Shown here: positions 16,491 to 19,720 of the stretch, one piece after another | How the letters are laid out: each line of letters starts with the position of its first letter | How positions within the stretch are numbered: position 1 is the first letter of the stretch | NCBI GenBank assembly: GCA_045605805.1 | Contig: JAZUQR010000013.1 | Span: 1 to 19,720 of the forward strand | Direction: 5' to 3' | Length of the DNA: 19,720 nt | Source: Alphaproteobacteria bacterium | Lineage (GTDB): Bacteria > Pseudomonadota > Alphaproteobacteria > CAAHEQ01 > UBA3637 | Program-made: the position numbers and the translations under genes | Notes under the pieces: model-generated | Told to the model about the DNA's origin: nothing | Seen by the model: the letters and a program-made list of their open reading frames with translations, nothing else | The model's database searches: none

Positions 16491-18350
16491 TTATTCTTCT
16501 GTTTGATAAATTGAAAACGCTTTTTGAATTTCTGGCGCATTGATTTGAATGTTAAAGTTTTGGGCATACCCCTCTACCACAGCCGCATACAGAGACTGGG
16601 CAGTTTCGGCCGAGACCAGTTCGGTTTGTGCCGGTAAATCTTTTGCCTCAATTTGTGGGGTATAGATTTGTGTGACAGCCGCAATCAACATGCCGTTTGA
16701 AACAGGAATACTTTGTGCATTTTCATATCCTTTTGCTTGTGTAAAAATAGAGGCAAGAGCCGTTTCGGGCAAGTCCTTTGGATCTTTCAATGAAGCCCGT
16801 TTGACAACAATAACTTGTCCGGATTTTGCCGAAATATTCCCGTTTTTCATTTGTTCTAAGACCTTTTGAACCAATTCAGGTTGCATCATCTTTTGTTGTT
16901 CTTGCTTCCACAAGGCCTTTAATTGATTTTGTACCAAATTAAACTCTTTGGCTTGTACAGGATGAATGGCGTTCACTTCGGCCACAATATAGCCGTTTTG
17001 ATGTTCGGTTAAAGCAGACACCTCGTTTTCTTTCAAAGTGAATAGGTCTTGCATCAAATCTTGGTTTTTCAACTCGTTTGGCAAAGTATCCAAAGCCATT
17101 TCAATTTTATTATAGGTTTGTGTTTTAAGCCCCATCTCTTTTGCAGCTTGCGCCAACGAAGCACCCGCACCCAGTAAATCTTCTAATTGACGAGCCTTTT
17201 CCTCTAAAACAGCATAGGCTTTTTCTGTGGCAATTTGTTTTTTGATTTGAACATAAACTTTCGCTTTATCCGGCTTTTGTTCAGCCTCAATCTTTGCCAC
17301 CAAAATCAAGTGCCAACCCACAGCGGTTTCCACGGGATTGGAAACAACATCTTTTTTCAAAGCAAAAGCGGCTTCACCCATTTCTGGCAACAAATCTGTT
17401 TTTGCCACCATACCAAAATCTGTTTGTTCCGGTTCTTGCCCATATTCGGCCGCTTTGTCTAAAAAGTTTTGGGCATTCAAGCCGTCTTTTGCCTGTTCAG
17501 CAGCCTCTTTTGTATTAAAGCGAATCTGATACAGTTGGCGTTTTTCAGGTGTTGCATAACGATCTTTTTCTAACTCATAGGCTTCATCTAATTCGGTTTG
17601 AGTAATATCAATTTTGTCGGCAATTGTCTGAGTTGTTAAAGTCAACACAGTAATATCTCGTTGCTCTGGAATCATAAAATCAGACAAATAGGCTTCATAG
17701 TATTCCTTCAACTCGTCTTGAGATGGTTGTTGATTCAGCTTGATTTTGTCTGTTTCAATTAAAAGAGCCTGTACATCCCGTTGCTGATTTTGGGCTTGCC
17801 ATTTTAATTTTGCCAACACCTGAGAGGTTGGAGCCGCAAAACGAATGGTATTGCTTAAATGTTGATTGGCAAGTTCGTTGCGCAATTGTTCGGCCAATTG
17901 GGCTTCTGACACACGAGTTTGAGATAAATAAGCCATGAACAGATTTCTGTCAAATTGTCCTAAGTTATTTTGAAAAGCAGGGTGGCGTTCCACATATTTA
18001 CGCACCGCTTCATCCGAAGCAGCCAACCCCAAATCTTCTTGAATCATCTTGTTGATGGTATCGGTCACCTGTTTTTGCACAGTTTGTTCCAACAGTCCCA
18101 TTTCAATGGCCTTTTTCGGGGAAATATATTGGCCAGACAGTTGAGAAAAGCGGGCCCGTTCTGCCTCAAAAGCCTTGTTTAGATCGGCCATAGAAATCTT
18201 GTGTGAGCCAACTTGAATGGCTGTGGCATCCTTGCCGGCAGTGTTGCCAATACCACCTACGCCCCAAAAAGCCATCATACTGATGCCCAAAACCACAAAA
18301 ATTGCTTTTGCGACCCATGAATTTCCAATTCTATTAAAAAAACTAATCAT
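16491..18350 (-). CDS. ppiD: Periplasmic folding chaperone PpiD (SurA N-terminal + parvulin domain)
   Basis: MISFFNRIGNSWVAK..LGISMMAFWGVG anchor, FQNNLGQFDR..F..YL, PEQR/PEKR, AAFAL...VSNPVETAVGWHLI; start ATG 18350 behind AAGGAG SD. Confidence 0.88.
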   Translation of the reverse strand: MISFFNRIGNSWVAKAIFVVLGISMMAFWGVGGIGNTAGKDATAIQVGSHKISMADLNKAFEAERARFSQLSGQYISPKKAIEMGLLEQTVQKQVTDTINKMIQEDLGLAASDEAVRKYVERHPAFQNNLGQFDRNLFMAYLSQTRVSEAQLAEQLRNELANQHLSNTIRFAAPTSQVLAKLKWQAQNQQRDVQALLIETDKIKLNQQPSQDELKEYYEAYLSDFMIPEQRDITVLTLTTQTIADKIDITQTELDEAYELEKDRYATPEKRQLYQIRFNTKEAAEQAKDGLNAQNFLDKAAEYGQEPEQTDFGMVAKTDLLPEMGEAAFALKKDVVSNPVETAVGWHLILVAKIEAEQKPDKAKVYVQIKKQIATEKAYAVLEEKARQLEDLLGAGASLAQAAKEMGLKTQTYNKIEMALDTLPNELKNQDLMQDLFTLKENEVSALTEHQNGYIVAEVNAIHPVQAKEFNLVQNQLKALWKQEQQKMMQPELVQKVLEQMKNGNISAKSGQVIVVKRASLKDPKDLPETALASIFTQAKGYENAQSIPVSNGMLIAAVTQIYTPQIEAKDLPAQTELVSAETAQSLYAAVVEGYAQNFNIQINAPEIQKAFSIYQTEE

Positions 18351-18376
18351 TTGATACTCCTTTGTCTTTTGAAAAG

Positions 18377-18405
18377 AGTCTAACTCAAAAAAAAATGAAA
18401 AGCAA
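18377..18405 (-). promoter_or_regulatory. Promoter of the ppiD-mic60-hemY operon
   Basis: TTGCTT-17 bp-TAGACT on the minus strand. Confidence 0.45.
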
Positions 18406-18545
18406 GTACTTTGTTTGAAAACGCTGATGAAAGCACATTTGTTCACGAAATGGCACACGCTTGTATGGATGTGTTGGAAAGATGAGCACAAGGTGGAAAC
18501 ACCAAAGCACAAAAGGACTTGGATAAAATCCATAAATGGACATAA
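18399..18545 (+). pseudogene. Phage-like gene fragment (HExxH zincin-like segment of large polyvalent/virion proteins)
   Basis: Translates as KASTLFENADESTFVHEMAHACMDVLER*AQGGNTKAQKDLDKIHKWT*; no start codon before the motif, internal TGA at 18483-18485; lies just downstream of tRNA-Val. Confidence 0.55.
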
Positions 18546-18571
18546 AAAAACACCTTATAAATCAAGGTGTT
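18544..18571 (-). terminator. Intrinsic terminator of tRNA-Val
   Basis: Minus strand AACACCTT-gatttat-AAGGTGTT then a T-run. Confidence 0.75.
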
Positions 18572-18581
18572 GTATCATAAA

Positions 18582-18656
18582 TGGTGGGTGCGACAGGGAT
18601 TGAACCTGTGACCCCTACCGTGTGAAGGTAATGCTCTCCCGCTGAGCTACGCACCC
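18582..18656 (-). tRNA. tRNA-Val (anticodon CAC)
   Basis: GGGTGCGTAGCTCAGCGGGAGAGCATTACCTT-CAC-ACGGTAGGGGTCACAGGTTCAATCCCTGTCGCACCCACCA. Confidence 0.96.
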
Positions 18657-18671
18657 AAGTTCAATGACAGC

Positions 18672-18700
18672 ATTCTATACTAAAAAAAAACGCCTGTCAA
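18672..18700 (-). promoter_or_regulatory. Promoter of tRNA-Val
   Basis: TTGACA-17 bp-TAGAAT on the minus strand. Confidence 0.7.
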
Positions 18701-18750
18701 GAAAAAAATGATATTTTTGTTTTATTTATCATTTCTGGCTGCTATTGTGA

Positions 18751-19200
18751 TTAACCGCAACAGTCATAACGGGCCAATTTTTGCATTAATTTAGCCCATT
18801 TTTGGCGTTGTTGGCGTTCTTCTTCTGGCATATCCTCAGGAACAATGTCATAAATTAAGTTTTGTATGAGGGGTTGAAATGCCGGTGAATTTGTGGCGGC
18901 AAGGACGGCAAAATCATCCAAAATGGATTTTTTTTCTTTCACTTCGGTGGCTGGTTTGTCTTTTAATTCATTCCAAAAGTCGTGTATCAAATCTTCACGG
19001 AGCACATGAGCGGCATAGGGAATGTTTTGGTGATCATGAGCTTCGCTTATACCATTTTTAATGTGATTGACAATGTTTCGCCGTTTTTCCAAAGGAAATT
19101 TTCGTGTTTCAATCAAAAGGAAAGTAATGGAATGCATGGCACGATTTTCAAAGTGTTTCACCCATTCTAGTGCGTTTACTTCATGCAAATTCTGTTTCAT
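18751..19200 (-). CDS. Hypothetical protein (149 aa, helical, no recognised family)
   Basis: Longest ORF between tRNA-Asn and tRNA-Val; weak SD, start uncertain. Confidence 0.6.
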   Translation of the reverse strand: MKQNLHEVNALEWVKHFENRAMHSITFLLIETRKFPLEKRRNIVNHIKNGISEAHDHQNIPYAAHVLREDLIHDFWNELKDKPATEVKEKKSILDDFAVLAATNSPAFQPLIQNLIYDIVPEDMPEEERQQRQKWAKLMQKLARYDCCG

Positions 19201-19251
19201 TTTGTTTGTCTTTCAAGATTTTGGAATGAACGATCATGATAGCCATTCCTT

Positions 19252-19292
19252 AAAAAATAGGGGAGATTCAGCTTTTACAGGCTAAACCTCCC
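19252..19292 (-). terminator. Intrinsic terminator after tRNA-Asn
   Basis: Minus strand GGGAGGTTTAGC-ctgtaaaa-GCTGAATCTCCC 12-bp stem (two G-U pairs), then CTATTTTTT. Confidence 0.75.
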
Positions 19293-19297
19293 TTTAT

Positions 19298-19372
19298 TGG
19301 CTCCAGCGGTAGGGCTCGAACCTACGACCAATCGGTTAACAGCCGATTGCTCTACCACTGAGCTACGCTGGA
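19298..19372 (-). tRNA. tRNA-Asn (anticodon GTT)
   Basis: TCCAGCGTAGCTCAGTGGTAGAGCAATCGGCT-GTT-AACCGATTGGTCGTAGGTTCGAGCCCTACCGCTGGAGCCA. Confidence 0.97.
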
Positions 19373-19383
19373 ACAGTGGCTAC

Positions 19384-19412
19384 ATATTACAGGAAAAAAA
19401 ATCAAATTGCAA
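19384..19412 (-). promoter_or_regulatory. Promoter of tRNA-Asn
   Basis: TTGCAA-17 bp-TAATAT on the minus strand. Confidence 0.5.
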
Positions 19413-19443
19413 GAACTTTTTTTTGTAATATGCATTTTTTTCT

Positions 19444-19518
19444 TGGAGGCCGGTACCGGAATCGAACCGATATCAAAGGATTTGCAGTCCTCTGCATAAG
19501 CCATTCTGCCAACCGGCC
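19444..19518 (-). tRNA. tRNA-Cys (anticodon GCA)
   Basis: GGCCGGTTGGCAGAATGGCTTATGCAGAGGACT-GCA-AATCCTTTGATATCGGTTCGATTCCGGTACCGGCCTCCA. Confidence 0.96.
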
Positions 19519-19646
19519 TTTGTCAAGATGGATATAGTTGTACACTATTTTTTTTTGATAGTCAAGCAAAAAAATAAGTAAAGCATGAAAAAATGTTTGA
19601 CATTCTATAATACATAGAGTAAAAGGAAAGCATGAAGGGAGGCACA

Positions 19647-19720
19647 ATGCTTCAAGTAAAGAACCAAGAAAGAGTCACTAACTCCTTGAAAAATAACGAA
19701 AAAATTGTTCAGAGGGGGGG
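19647..19720 (+). CDS. 5' end of a truncated hypothetical protein running into a poly-G tract
   Basis: GGGAGG SD then ATG 19647: MLQVKNQERVTNSLKNNEKIVQRG(G), open to the window end. Confidence 0.55.
   Translation, partial: MLQVKNQERVTNSLKNNEKIVQRG

Noticed and set aside
18351-18533. 61-aa N-terminal extension of PpiD, and the 18415-18603 + ORF
   Set aside because: PpiD has a clear SD and typical start at 18350; the + ORF runs antisense into tRNA-Val and has no SD.
19402-19647. 81-aa minus-strand ORF
   Set aside because: It runs through tRNA-Cys and its promoter region; spurious.

Overview
AT-rich chromosomal region of what looks like a reduced, fermentative alphaproteobacterium (inferred from DUF3126, the rnd-kdsD-lptC/A-lptB order, a Mic60/COG4223-HemY-like pair and ppiD). 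Mostly housekeeping: pta-ackA, a GT2 glycosyltransferase, pfkA, lptB, an apparent lptC-lptA fusion, kdsD, rnd, obgE, rpmA, rplU, DUF502, dusA, DUF3126, hemY-like, mic60-like and ppiD, plus four minus-strand tRNAs (Leu-TAG, Val-CAC, Asn-GTT, Cys-GCA). Accessory DNA sits at tRNA 3' ends. (1) A ~1.6 kb islet at tRNA-Leu, bounded by a degenerate copy of the tRNA 3' end, carries a Bacteroides Mpi-like serine DNA invertase divergent from an Opa/OmpA-like 8-stranded outer-membrane protein; this is a candidate phase-variation module. (2) A ~140 bp pseudogenised phage-like HExxH fragment (LFENADESTFVHEMAH), absent from the ORF track, follows tRNA-Val. (3) An orphan ORF follows tRNA-Asn. The window starts in a small Cys/Gly-rich C-terminus and ends in a G7 tract inside a new ORF. 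Family calls come from motif recognition only; no searches were run.
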